A DNA stretch of 63,995 nt, counting the filler, from Jimgerdemannia flammicorona (Eukaryota): NCBI GenBank assembly GCA_003990765.1. It is 3 parts of 3 records of this genome, joined end to end, with 100 filler letters (N's around TTAATTAATTAA, not from the genome) between each part and the next. Parts side by side here need not be neighbours in the genome. Positions count along the whole stretch, not along the records: positions 1 to 21,435 come from RBNJ01001454.1; positions 21,536 to 42,964 come from RBNJ01001455.1; 1 more part is not named here. One strand, written 5' to 3'. The translations under genes were made by a program, and so were the position numbers. This document shows positions 13,599 through 25,605 of this stretch, in pieces. The notes under the pieces were generated by a model. The model was not told the DNA's origin. It did no database searches and saw nothing but the letters and a program-made list of their open reading frames with translations. Each line of letters starts with the position of its first letter. Position 1 is the first letter of the stretch.

Positions 13599-14328
13599 CT
13601 ATAACATCGCAAGCACGCCATCCTTCCGCGTCCCTGCGCCCATGTCCTCCAGAATCTTCTTCCCCTCGTCTCCGACGAAAAAGGCGTGGATGGCGTTCAC
13701 GAGCCTATCCACCTCCTCGACCGTATTATGCCCGTGCAGGCAGATGCGCACGCGCTCCCGTCCCATAGGAACTGTGGGCGAGGCGATGGGCTTGACGATA
13801 TAGCCCAGATGGTTGAGATTGGCGGCGAGGGTGCGGACGGGGAGGTTGCCTACAATGAAAAGACAGGTGATGGTGGTCGAAATTGGATCTCACGTATCTC
13901 AAAGTTGTTTGAAAAATCAAATGAGTTGGGATGGAATAGAAAATTACCTTGCAACACAATCCCCTGAATGGGGCTCGTGGACGTTAAAAGAACCTCCCGT
14001 GGCAGCTTAGCCCCAACGGCCTCCCGGAATCGACGTGTAAGCGCGTGAACGTGACGCTGGAGCTGGTGGTAAACGTCAATGGTTGAATCAATGTAATCAA
14101 ACCTAGAAGTCACATCGGTTACAAGAACGACAAAGCCTACCTCTTCCGTTTTCCCTTCGCTTAACATCTGGTACGCGCACTTGATGCTCGCCAGGCTGCT
14201 GTACGATAGGAAAGTCGAGTAGATAAGGGGCCGGGCGTAATTGATGAGATAGTTCTTGGTAGTTTCCGAGCAGAGCATCACGGCTACAGGAAGGTATTCC
14301 GAGAGGTGTGAGTCACACTGGGCACGTA

Positions 14329-14375
<47 letters not shown>

Positions 14376-15338
14376 AGGGGGAAGCGTGATCTGGACTTGC
14401 GTTACCTCCGCTGCTGGCGAGGGCCTTGCCAAAAGTATGTAATCTTGCGAAAATAAAGGCCTCCAAACCGAGCTCGCAAACCACGCCACGGCCTTGCTGG
14501 CCATAGATACCTGTCGCGTGGGCCTAAAATAGTATGAGAGGATATCAATGGGTCTATTAATCCAGATTCCGAAACAACAAGGAACAGAATGAGAGCGGTC
14601 AGCATAATTGTGGGCTTTTTTTTGAAATTCTTCGCTCGCTATTGTAGCACAAGTCTTCATGATGCCTTTGTCCGCATTATATTACCAAGTGCACCTTACC
14701 TCATCCACAACGATGTACCCATTCCCACCACTCGGCCAGAACTTCTTCACGACCTCTACAATTTCTGTCAACGGCGCCACGTCCCCGTCCATCGAATACA
14801 CCGTCTCCACCGCAATGAAGACATTCCTCCTATCCGTCGCTTTCTTTCCCCGATCCTCCTCCACCACCTCCCTCACCGTCCTCTCCAATTCTCCGACATC
14901 ATCATGTCGAAATGCCCTCAACAATCCAGCCCGCGACATGCGCATCCCTTCATGCACGCTGGCGTGGATAAATTCATCGTATAACACGACATCGCCCGGG
15001 CGGGGAACACACGCAAAGAACCCTGAGTTGGCATCGAATCCAGAGTTAAAGAGAAGGGCGGTTTCTGCGTTGTGGAATCGGGCGATGTCTGATTCGAGCT
15101 GCTCGGCGTAAGGCGAGTTTCCCTCCAGCAGGCGCGATCCTGTTGATCCCAAGGGTGGGTGCAGGAATGCGGCTAGTTCGTCAAGGAAGAGACTTTTAAA
15201 GGTTTCGTTGCGAGAGAGGCCGAGGAAGTCGTTCGAGGAGAAGTCGATAGAGTTTGGCAGGTTTGTAATGAGACGCCGGTACATGGACCGTTGCTGGCGC
15301 GAAGCCAGGACGGCGGAAAGCTGGGATTCGAGGGGCAT
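13599..15338 (-). CDS. bioF: 8-amino-7-oxononanoate synthase (class II PLP aminotransferase), about 5 exons
   Basis: DFSSNDFLGL, GSTGSRLL, LFNSGFDAN, HASVHEG, VETVYSMDGD, VDE|AHATG, TFGKAL, ARPLIYST, PTVP..RERVRICLH. GT-AG introns. Confidence 0.92.
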
Positions 15339-15978
15339 GTGGAGGTGAGAGCAAACAACTGGGGTTCGGGACGCGTTATTTGATCTTGTGGCTTAGCATC
15401 TCCCCAAATCTGATCGGTGGCTTGGCCTCTACTTATAGGGCATTCGCTCGGAAACACAAGTGTCCCAATCGGGATGGAAGTCATGCAGCGAAGCCCAAGT
15501 TGACTTACTTGTGTTGATAAGATTAGAATCTTCAGATTCCTTCACATATATAATTGATAACATCTTATTTTCTCCTTTTTAACTCAATTTTCTCTATTAA
15601 ATCTACTTCAGATCTTGAAATATTTATATAAATAATCTTTAAGCTTTTATGTTTAAATTATAATAAAAATTAAATAATAGAATAGATATATTTATAAAGA
15701 AAATACTAAAATTAAAAATTATAAAAGATATAAGAGAATTATTAACCTAGTTATTCTTTAAGCTTTATATTTATTTTTATATTTTTACTAGTTTAATATA
15801 TTATTAAAGTTTTATACTTAATTTTATAAAATTAAAATTTAAATATATTAGTAATATTTATATTTATATAATATTTATTTTATATAATTTTTTCTATATT
15901 ATTATATAAATAATATAAAGGTAATTTTATTTATATATATTTTATTTATTTATTTATTTAAATTATTGATATATATAT

Positions 15979-17750
15979 TATAATATATTAGCTCAATAGA
16001 GATAAATTATATGCTTAAAGCTACTATATAGTTTAACTTAAGCCCCCAGTTATTTTATCAAAAGTAATAAAATATTTAATAGTTTTTGGTACAAATTTGC
16101 ATAATGTGAGTAATTTAGATAATTTTCTTAAGATAGATTCTTATAATATAGATAATTTTTTATAAAAAGATAGTAGAAATATCTATATAGTATAAGTAAT
16201 TTTCTTCTTAAATAATTTTTACATTATACATATGATAATTTTTTTATAATATATATGAGTAGTTTTCTTATATATAATTTCTGTATAACAATCTGATATT
16301 ATATAAGTAATTTGATAGACTTTCTTATTAGATAGTAAGTTAATAATTTAGCAGATAATATAGATTCTTTCTAAATCAGTAAACTTCTTAAAAATAACTC
16401 AGATAATATATATGAATTCTTTCTGAATTGGCAGACTACTTGAAAATAATTTAGATAGTATAAATTTTTCCTAAATTAACAGACTACTTAAAAATAACTC
16501 AGATAATATAAATTTTTTCTAAATTAGTAGACTTTTGACTTTATCTGACAAGTATATCAAAATATAATAGATTTTTTCTTTAGGCTTAATCTGGTAAGTA
16601 AATTAAAAATATAATAAATAAATAAAGTTATATTAAAGACTAAGATACATCTTATATATACTAGACTAACTTTATATAGATAGACTTTTTTTATATATTA
16701 GAAAGTAGACTAAAGTAGAAAATAGCTCACAATATCTTGACAGTAGCTAATTAGTAGGTTTCTTCTTCTAAATATATTAGACAATTGGCTTTTACTTTAA
16801 TTTTCAAACTGAGATTTATTTACTCTTATCTCTAAGATATTTTATATAGTTATGGTTACTATTTATATAGTTATTATATAGCTAACTATAAAATATACAG
16901 TAATACTATTTAGAGAAGAAAGTAACTAGGTGTATTTATATATCTGATAAGCACAGGTATATCTAATAAGTATAGATATATTAGATAGACATAGGTATAT
17001 CTTTAAAATACAGATTAATAAATCTGATCTGATATCTTTGACTAATTATATAAGTAATAGTATATATGACTAACTAGGTATAGATAACTATACTATATTA
17101 AATATTTATAATATCTGACTATACTCTGTTATTTGCTTATTATATATATTAGTCTCTACTAAAGAGTAGTTTGTTCTTAAACTATTCTTTAATCATTATT
17201 ATAATATCTATAAATATCTTTTATATCTATACTTATACTATTATTTTCTTTAGTATTTGAATCACTCTATTCTAGAACTCTTTTTCTTCTTATTAATAAT
17301 ACTCAGATAGATAGATATAGTTATTTTCTAAAAGTTATTTAGAGAGAACTAACTCTAGATCAGAGCTATAATATTTTATTTATAAATAGTATAGAGTCTG
17401 TCTACAGTAATAGTATTCCTTTAAAAGAGGTTAGTAGAGATATAAGTCTGTTTAGAGATTGAGAGATTTTATAATAGTTAGTTAATTATATAGTAGATCT
17501 GTAGTTGATAGACCTATAGTAGATATTCTATTAAGATGAGTTTCTTTAATATATTTAGATCTGTTAAAGACAAGTTCTATTAATTTTTTAGAATAGAAGT
17601 AAGGAGACTGATAGAGCTTAGAAAGAATTAAGAACAAGAGTCTAAAGATACTAGTCAATTTTCTGGATTATTGTATAGATAGTAGATATATCTTGAGACA
17701 GTTGATATAGGCTGAGATCTTCAGGATATATTAGTGCTCTGATTGAGTTA
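15979..17750 (-). mobile_element. Extremely decayed 3' fragment of gypsy family A (3' internal region, PPT and 3' LTR about 15979-17148)
   Basis: The reverse complement aligns to 32700-34463, e.g. 'ctttagtagagactaa' vs PPT 'ctttagtaggggctga', and 'attgagctaatatattata' vs LTR end 'attgagccaggcacattata'. Confidence 0.8.
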
Positions 17751-20560
17751 GGGAAATTTGAACCTAATTTGAATTTGCCAACCACATGTCTGATTTGAGT
17801 TAGTTTGAATTTATCATATAATGAATTCAAACTAATCTGAATTTATTATATGATGAATTTGAATCAGTTTGAATTCATTATATGATAAATTAAGATCAGT
17901 TCAAATTCATCATATATATAATAAATTCAAACCAGTTCAAATTCAAATTTATTATATAACAAGTTTAGATTGATTTAAACTCAAATTGAACCAGCTCAAA
18001 TTCACTTCAGAAGCTAGAATCCTGACAAATTCTTCCAATGATAAACCAAATTAAATTAGGAGTCAACTAGTACAAATTAAAGGCCTACCAAAAAGGACAA
18101 TTTTTTAGTAGAAAAAAAAAACCAAAAAAGAATACTATATTTGTCAAACTTCTACTAAATATTCAAAAACTATGACATAATATAAAATATCTACAGATAT
18201 TTTTACTTCTCTAAGTTTCCAAAAAATTTATTATAGCAGTATATAGCTTTTAAGATTCTGTAATAGATACTCAGAGATAAACTGTTTAAAACTTCCTTAT
18301 CTTTAATAACTATTGAACTATGTGGTTAATTTGAGTGAAATACCATCATTATATTAGACTCCAGCAGAACTCTAATATTATAAGCCAAATTATAGAACAA
18401 GCTCTCAGATTTTGAGATATACTGTTCTTTATATTTGATGATATAGAGTAAAACAGATGTCATATCTTGATCAGTATAAGTAGGAGAGCTTACACATTAG
18501 CTAAAAAATATATTACTGACTTTTGCTATATTTTGCTTAAACTGAAATCCTCCAAGTCTAAAATATATTCTAGATTGACTTAGATTTATCAGATCTCTAT
18601 CTATTTCAGGTAATTTCAAAGCTGATGAAGATGCTGATACTAAAGTTAGTAATACTAGAGATACTGGAGATATTGGAAATACTGAGAATACTGAGAATAC
18701 TAGGAATGCTAGGAATACCAAGGATGCTGGGGATGTTGAGAATGCTAAGGACACTGAGGATATTAGAATACTCTCTGAAATTTCCTCAGGAGATAAATAA
18801 TAGAGAGTATCGAACTGGTCAAAAATTGGATAAAGTAGGGGAATTTGTTACTACATCTGGTAAGAAGTATTGAAAAGAAGTAAAGCTATCTCCATAATAG
18901 CTATTTTATATTCCTTCTATTTATTTTATCTAATTTTTAGTTTAAAATTATTAAGAGGTATAATATAGCAATATATCTCTTTAGCATAAGTTAAAGTATA
19001 GCCAACTGATATATAAGATCTAGTTCCAGCTTAAGCTTTGCTATACAATCTAGCTTTCTGAACTTTGAATGCCTTCTCACAAATATTTATCAAAATCTGA
19101 CTTACTTGATCTCTCAATATCTCTCTCAAAATAATAAGAACAACTTCCTCCATATCAGCATCTAAGAGAATATAATTATGATATGAATTTAGAATATCAG
19201 CTGGCAAAGTAGAGGACTCCAAAAATGTTATAGTTCAAAAATAATTTTGGCACCCTTTTTCTGAAGACCTGACAGAATATTACCATTCTACTTCTTCTAA
19301 ATTTTACATATAAAGTGTTATTGTCTAGCCTTCTGAAAGATTAAGTCTTGAAATTCTCAGTATTTCAAAATTCTGCAGACTTGAAATATGGAACTGAGTC
19401 TAGATAAATTTGGTCTTAAGATTTTGCTGATCTACTCAGTATTGTCATTATTGATCCAAAAAATCTGCCAACTGTGCTTTATGTCAATCCTTCTTTACTT
19501 TCTAAAATTAAAATAAAAAGCAAAATAATCTTATAAATAATCTAGGTTAGATGGATATACCCCTATACCCCTCTTCTTAAAAAAAACCCCCCTCTGGAAA
19601 CTTACTTGAATAGTAAGAAGATACTGAAAAATTCAATCATATATTTTCTGACCCATCAGAGGAGGGCTCTCAGGAAAATGAAAATATCATAGCTTGGATA
19701 ATCTCTCATAGTAGGAGCTTTTAAATATCTTCTGAAGTATATCAATTCCTCACCCCATATCAATTACCAAAGCTAGCAAGCTCAAAACTTTTCCAAAATA
19801 TCACATTCTGGGGGTTTTCCAAAATCTAACTCAGGATCAACTCTATCAGATGGAAGGGTTGAGAGAATTGCCAAAGTAGTCTCCAACTCCTATCTTAAGA
19901 TAGTTAGTAATTTACTTGGGTTGAAATCAGTAGAAATAAAATCAGCATCTATTTTATAATAATATACTGAAAGAACCTAACAGTGGTGGAGAGATTGTCA
20001 AAATAGAAAAAAAAACATGGCTGACAAGGGATGCTGGGGGATACAGGAGGATACTGAAGATTAGTCATGAGAGATACTTCTCTAAAGAGAGAGGACATCA
20101 TCAGTGCAGATCAGGAGTCATCCTTCCAACTAATCTCTGGTCATCCTTGCAACATTCTCACTATGGCAAGATAGGTGAGCCCAGCTGCCAGAAGTCCTCT
20201 TCTCAAGAGTGAATATCAGAAGCTGGCTAGAAGAGGTCCTCTTCTAAAGCAAGAGTATATAGCCAGTACAAATCAAAGGACACTCCCCTGATTGGCCTCC
20301 TCAGGATGCTAAAGATCAGTCACAAGAGGTCCTCCTCTGGAGAGAGAGTACATCATCAGCACAAATTAAGGAATACCCCCCCAAATAGTCTTTCAGATAA
20401 AATATTGAAGACAGGCTATAAGAGGTCCTCCTCAGAAATGAGAGAGTATATTTTTGGCATAGATCAGAGGACACTCTCCCAACTAGTCTTCATATTGTCA
20501 GTACATCATTATAGCAAACATTGGCTTAGCAAACATCATCATAGAAAATAAATATAACAT
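17750..20560. mobile_element. Decayed DNA-transposon-like region with a TAGGG start and TTCAAA/TTTGAA subterminal repeats
   Basis: 'tagggaaatttgaacc' followed by a dense array of ttcaaa/tttgaa (decayed TTCGAA). Disrupted coding remnants on the minus strand. Family not identifiable. Confidence 0.35.
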
Positions 20561-20739
20561 ATCAAAAGCAGTAAGACAAGGTAAAGCAAGGCAAGGCAGA
20601 GTAAGGTGGGTCTGAGAACATACTATGAAACACCTTAGACAGAGAGTATAGATGATCTTTTCAAGTAGCAAGATGTGTCAGAGTGGTCAGAATAGAGTAT
20701 AGATGACTTTTTCAAGTGGTGAGATATGTGGAAGATGAG

Positions 20740-21140
20740 CTATAAGAAATGGAAAGTGAGAGAAGTGAAGTGGAGTGAGTGAGAGAAGTGAAGTAAAGTG
20801 AGTGAGAGAAGCAAAGCAAAGTGAGTGAGGAAAATAAAGTAAAGTGAGTAAGGGAAATAAAGTAGAGTGAGTGAGAGAAATAAAGTAGAGCAAGTGAGGG
20901 AAATAAAGTAGAGTAAGTAAGAGAAATGAAGCAGAGTAAGTGAGGGGAATGAAGTAGAGCAAGTGAGGAAAATGAAGCAGAGTGAGTGAGAGAAATGAAG
21001 CAGAGTGAGTGAGGGGAATGAAGCAGAGAGAGTGAGGAAAATAAAGTAGAGCAAGTGAGGAGAATGAAGTAGAGTAAGTGAGGAGAATGAAGCAGAGCAA
21101 GTGAGGGAAATAAAGCAAAGTGAGTGAGAGAAATTAAGTA
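20740..21140. repeat. Purine-rich minisatellite, unit about 24 bp
   Basis: Repeated 'gagtgagtgag(a/g)gaaatgaagca'-like units. Confidence 0.9.
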
Positions 21141-21149
21141 CAAGCATCT

Positions 21150-21435
21150 TTCTCCAGTAATATTCAGGTTACACAACTCTTTGGCAACACTTTCGACACA
21201 GTTTCTGGAGAAAAGCTACTAGTATCATGGCAACTAACGAGCATCCGGAGGTGCGTACTGGGCAGGGTGGCCCTGGAGCATTTGAATGGCAGCAAGTGGG
21301 GAGAGGCCCTGGCTTGGGGGGAAGTATGAGGGGCCTGCTGGCGGGGGGCCATAGTGGAAGAGGGAGCAGAGCTGGAGGTCAAGGGTCTGGCAGGGTGAGC
21401 TTTGCGGAGAAGGTGAAGGGGGGTCGGCAGGGAGC
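21150..21435 (+). mobile_element. 5' end (UTR and start of ORF1) of an L1/Tx1-like LINE, cut by an assembly gap
   Basis: UTR 'attcaggttacacaa..caacactttcgacac' and ORF MATNEHPE..GAFEWQQVGRG..SFAEKVKG match the 5' end of the LINE at 25443-25605. Confidence 0.85.
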
Positions 21436-21535
21436 NNNNNNNNNNNNNNNNNNNNNNNNNNNNNNNNNNNNNNNNNNNNTTAATTAATTAANNNNNNNNN
21501 NNNNNNNNNNNNNNNNNNNNNNNNNNNNNNNNNNN
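21436..21535. other. Assembly gap with artificial six-frame stop linker
   Basis: N-run containing TTAATTAATTAA; the same structure occurs at 42965-43063. Confidence 0.97.
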
Positions 21536-24500
21536 GTCATAGGCCTTCTCCTGGTCCAAAAAGACCAACCTTCCATCCAGACCACAAGCCCGGGCCCCTT
21601 CAATGACACCATGCACCCATGCAGTCCCATCTCTTATAAGCCTGCCTCCAACAAAGCCTCGCTGCTCCTCCCCCAGCACCTGTTGGGCAACTTTCTGCAG
21701 TCTTGCGATGATCACCTTAGTCACCATCTTCCTGTCCATATCCAGCAGCATGATTGGTCTTCAATTCTTCCAATCTTCCCTCCTCCCCTTGTCTTTGTAC
21801 AATAGGGCCACCAGTCCGAGGTCCTGCTCTTCAACCCACTCACCACTCTGAAGGACATGGTCACAGAGAGCAGCCATCTCACCCAAAACACCCGGGACCT
21901 TCACCATCTTCTTCCAGAAGTCCCATGGCAACCCATCCTCCCCTGGCGCCATTCCAAGCTTAGTGGCCACAAGGACACTCTGGATCTCCTCTCCTTGCAC
22001 CAGTAAGATCAAGTCACCCAGTCCATCTACTTGCGGCAGTCCCCACTCTCCTAGTGTATCCGCTATCGCCTCCCCATCAGCACCCCCTTCTCTCTCGCTC
22101 CACAAACCCTGCCATCTCTCCTTCAATACCCCTAAGATTTGTTGTGTGCCATGCACCATGTCACCCTCAGCATCTAGGATCCCCTCCCACCTATGTCACA
22201 CCCTCCTAGTCTGAAGGAGTCTTGATAAGTACCTAGTAGGCCTCTCACCCTCCTCAAGCCCCTGCCACCATAGCCTAGTAGCCATACCATGCATATGAGT
22301 CTCCTCCTCATCTCTCATTACCTGCTTCAGCTCCAATATCTCCAACTTAACCTGCTCTATCCTCCAATTCTCCACCCCATCAGAAGCAAGTAAACCTGCC
22401 CAATCTATTTGTAGTCTTCTCAGCCTGCTAGAAGCACACCTCGTGCGCTCCTTCCTCCGCCTCCCAGCGTCCTTACCAGCTCCTCCCCAATAGACCCTCG
22501 CCGCCTCTTTCAGTCTTATCCAACGGATACCCACCGACAAACCCTCATGCCTCCAATTAAGAACCTTTGCCTGAACATCCTCCACCCATGAGTCCTACAA
22601 CCCCTTCTCAGCCAGCAGGGAGGAGTTAAGGCACCAATGTCTGGGTCCATCTCCACTCCCCCCAAACTGCCCCTGCCCCAACAGTCCCCAGTGATCAGAC
22701 CATGGGCACCACTCCACCCCCAGCGCCTTCCAAACATCCAGACCCCAACACTCAGCTGTCAGAATCCAGTCAATCCTCGTACCTAAGCCATTCACCCAAT
22801 GTGTGTAGACCCTGGAGTCACCCCACCTAGATCTGCCCATATCCCCTAGGGAACTCAACTTCTCCACCTCCTCTCATGCATCCAGACCCCCACTTCTCCC
22901 CCCTGCACTCCTCCCTTCATCAGTTCTGTCTAGACGCTGATCCCAAACCATGTTAAAGTCCCCACCAAGAACATCAACCCCTACCTCCAACAGAATACCC
23001 TCCTCCAGTAGTTCCTCAATCCACACAATCCTCTCTCCCCTCACCGCAGGGCAGTAGCAAGAGCCAACCCTCACCAGCTCCCACCCCGGCTGCCGCCAAT
23101 CACCCCCAACCAAACGATCACCCCAGTTCTTGATTCCCTCCAAGTCTCCTCTACCCTTCCTCACCAGAATCGCCACTTTTCCAAACCAAGCAGTAGCCCC
23201 TCCCCATTCTCTAGTCCACTCCACACAATCACCCTCATCCTCACACTGAACATCCTATAGTAAAAAGAGATCAGCCTCCAATCCCTTGAGCTAAGTAAAA
23301 ATGCTTTTATGCCTCCCAGATCCCCACAACCCATTCACATTCAATGAGAAAATGTTAGTTGTACTGTTCATAAGGAATAATGTTGAAAGAGCAATCCCAT
23401 CATCTACAAGTCCACATTCTGCTCCTCCTGCGCCAAGTCTGAGTCATGCTCAGCAGCCAGTTCCCTTTCCCCAGCATCCTGCACCTCCAGCCCTTTCAGA
23501 AGTTCTACCATTGCCCCATCTTCTTTCTCCTCAAAGTCCTCACGATACTCCATGCAAGCCTCCCGCCAGAACTGCAGACCATGATGCTCAGCCCAACAGT
23601 AGGCTGCCCACTCACCTGCAACCACTACCAGCTCAGCCTTCCTCACCTCATCAACCTCATATCCCTCCTCCTCCAAGAGGATTGCCAGAATCTCCACCCC
23701 CAGCGCCTCCATTACCCCATCGCCACGCAGAATACTCACCCAGTGTTCCTCAGGCATTACCTGCAGGTCCACATCCCCCAATGCCTCAGCCATGAGGTTA
23801 TCCATCACCTTGCTCATCCACAGCAAGTTCCCCACCTCCTTCCCTCCCGGAGTTCCTGGCTGCCCTGCATCCAACATTGTGGTGTCAGCACCTACACTGG
23901 CAGTCTCATCCCATGCCTCCTCAGGGACATCCACCAGCTCATCCTCTCCAACCACTACCACCTGGCCCCCTTTCACCACATCTGGGACCCCAAAGGTAAC
24001 ATGCTGGGCCCCCTGCATCTGTACATCTTCCGCAACCACTCTCCGCCCCACCGGGCCCCTCCTGACTAGAGGGGGGGGAGTGCTATCAGACTCCTCCTCC
24101 CAAACTTCGTAAGTACCATCGGCATAGGGATCCCTGCCCAGCACCTTCGCAGCCCATTCCTCTGTCACCACTGCCTCCTTCCCTCCTTCGCTAGCCCATA
24201 CACTAGCTTTGATGCCTCCAGACTCCTCAATCCCATCCACCTTCCTCTTCTCCCCTCCTGTTATACTTGCCAAGAGCTCCCTCTGCCTCTTGCGGCCCTG
24301 GGCCCTCTCCCACTGCTTCCTATCAGTGCGCACATGCTTCCCATTCACAATCTCCAGATGCGTCAACTCCTCAAATAGCTTCCAGGCTTTCGTCCTCCTC
24401 TCCACAGCCCCACCCAACTCCTCCAGCGCCTCCAACAAGTCCCCCTCCTCTTCTTCACTCCCCTTTACCCTCGACACCTTACAGACGAATGCCCCCCACA

Positions 24501-25605
24501 TCAGCACCGAGGGCCAGTCACTCATCTTCCCCATGGCCTCCTTCCCTGCCAGCCGGATCCTGACATCGACATCACCCATCCTGAACATAGTCCCCTCCCA
24601 CACCTGAAATCCAACATCCACCACATCACCATACTCCACCATCACCTCCTCCACCCTCTTCCTAGTCTCCTCCTTAGACACTGTGGGCACCCCCCTCACC
24701 AGAAGCTGCACCACCCTGGGGTCCCACCTCAAGCACTGCACCATGGGTACCACCATCTCTCCAACTATAACTCCAGTCTTCAGAGCCTCATCCAGTGGGC
24801 CCGCTTCCTCAAAACCCACCTCAACCCCCTCCAAGCCCTTCAAGAACTTCACCAAGGCAGCCCCTGCCACTTGCTTTGAAATCAGCCCCAGAACCATCCT
24901 TGCCGTCACCACCAAGCCCCGGAAGCACAATGTGACTGCGAACTCCGAAATCGACTTCTTGAGCAACGGGGCCACCGCCAGCCCCGTTACACCATCTGCC
25001 AGGTCCCCCTCCCGCATCAGGAACCCCTGATCCCCCTGGCCATCAGCCGTCACATCTCTTTTTTTCTCCCGATTCGCCGTCACACCCCCATCAGCAGTCC
25101 CACCCCCAGCCACAGCTCCTCCAGACCCTACACTCATACCTCCAACCTGAGGACCACCCCCCCTCCCAAGGCTCACCTTGCCCTTCTCCACAGCAGCACC
25201 AGCCCTGTCTCCAGCCCTGTCTCCAACTGGCCATCCACTTCCCTTCACCTTATCAGCAAAGCTGGAGGGGCCAGCCCTTCCCCTGTTACCACCCAACACC
25301 AGTCCTCCTCCAGAGCCCTCTGCACCTTTCGACCCTCCAAAGGCCCCCATCCCCAGGCCAAAACCCCTCCCCACCTCCTGCCAGCTGAAAGCCCCAGCTC
25401 CCCCCAACCCAGTATGCCCATCGGAACTCTTGCTTGAAGACATGTTGATAGTACCTTCTCTCCTAGTAGTGTCGAAAACTGTTGCTTGAAGTCTTGTGTA
25501 ACGTGAATTGTACCAAAGAAAGGTGGTCTATGTTGATAGTTGTCTGTCATCAAAAATGTTGAAAAAAGTGTTGTCTGAGTCTTGTGTCACCTGAATGGTA
25601 CTAGT
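21536..25605 (-). mobile_element. L1/Tx1-clade non-LTR retrotransposon (5' UTR, intact ORF1, APE-RT ORF2 with stops; 3' part lost in the gap)
   Basis: ORF2 from about 23371: FSLNVNGL, GGDFN, TRIDWI, SDH (APE); APGEDGLP, KNWRPI, QRGFV.GR.I.D, FLDQEKAYD (RT). Confidence 0.92.
23404..25443 (-). CDS. LINE ORF1 protein (679 aa), RRM-like core
   Basis: Uninterrupted ORF directly upstream of APE-RT. LLVRGVP...YGDVVDV...GDVDVRI is typical of L1/Tx1 ORF1 RRM regions. Confidence 0.8.
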   Translation of the reverse strand: MSSSKSSDGHTGLGGAGAFSWQEVGRGFGLGMGAFGGSKGAEGSGGGLVLGGNRGRAGPSSFADKVKGSGWPVGDRAGDRAGAAVEKGKVSLGRGGGPQVGGMSVGSGGAVAGGGTADGGVTANREKKRDVTADGQGDQGFLMREGDLADGVTGLAVAPLLKKSISEFAVTLCFRGLVVTARMVLGLISKQVAGAALVKFLKGLEGVEVGFEEAGPLDEALKTGVIVGEMVVPMVQCLRWDPRVVQLLVRGVPTVSKEETRKRVEEVMVEYGDVVDVGFQVWEGTMFRMGDVDVRIRLAGKEAMGKMSDWPSVLMWGAFVCKVSRVKGSEEEEGDLLEALEELGGAVERRTKAWKLFEELTHLEIVNGKHVRTDRKQWERAQGRKRQRELLASITGGEKRKVDGIEESGGIKASVWASEGGKEAVVTEEWAAKVLGRDPYADGTYEVWEEESDSTPPPLVRRGPVGRRVVAEDVQMQGAQHVTFGVPDVVKGGQVVVVGEDELVDVPEEAWDETASVGADTTMLDAGQPGTPGGKEVGNLLWMSKVMDNLMAEALGDVDLQVMPEEHWVSILRGDGVMEALGVEILAILLEEEGYEVDEVRKAELVVVAGEWAAYCWAEHHGLQFWREACMEYREDFEEKEDGAMVELLKGLEVQDAGERELAAEHDSDLAQEEQNVDL

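Noticed and set aside
898..15338. The five genes as a functional cluster
   Set aside because: Their functions are unrelated (lysine methylation, metabolite repair, RNA binding, UDP-xylose, biotin), and there is no evidence of co-regulation.
20687..21176. Leu/Ser/His/Phe-rich ORFs on the minus strand
   Set aside because: Translation artefacts of the purine-rich minisatellite.
21480..21491. Palindromic TTAATTAATTAA inside N-runs (also at about 43009-43020)
   Set aside because: Artificial six-frame stop linker placed in scaffold gaps; not biological.
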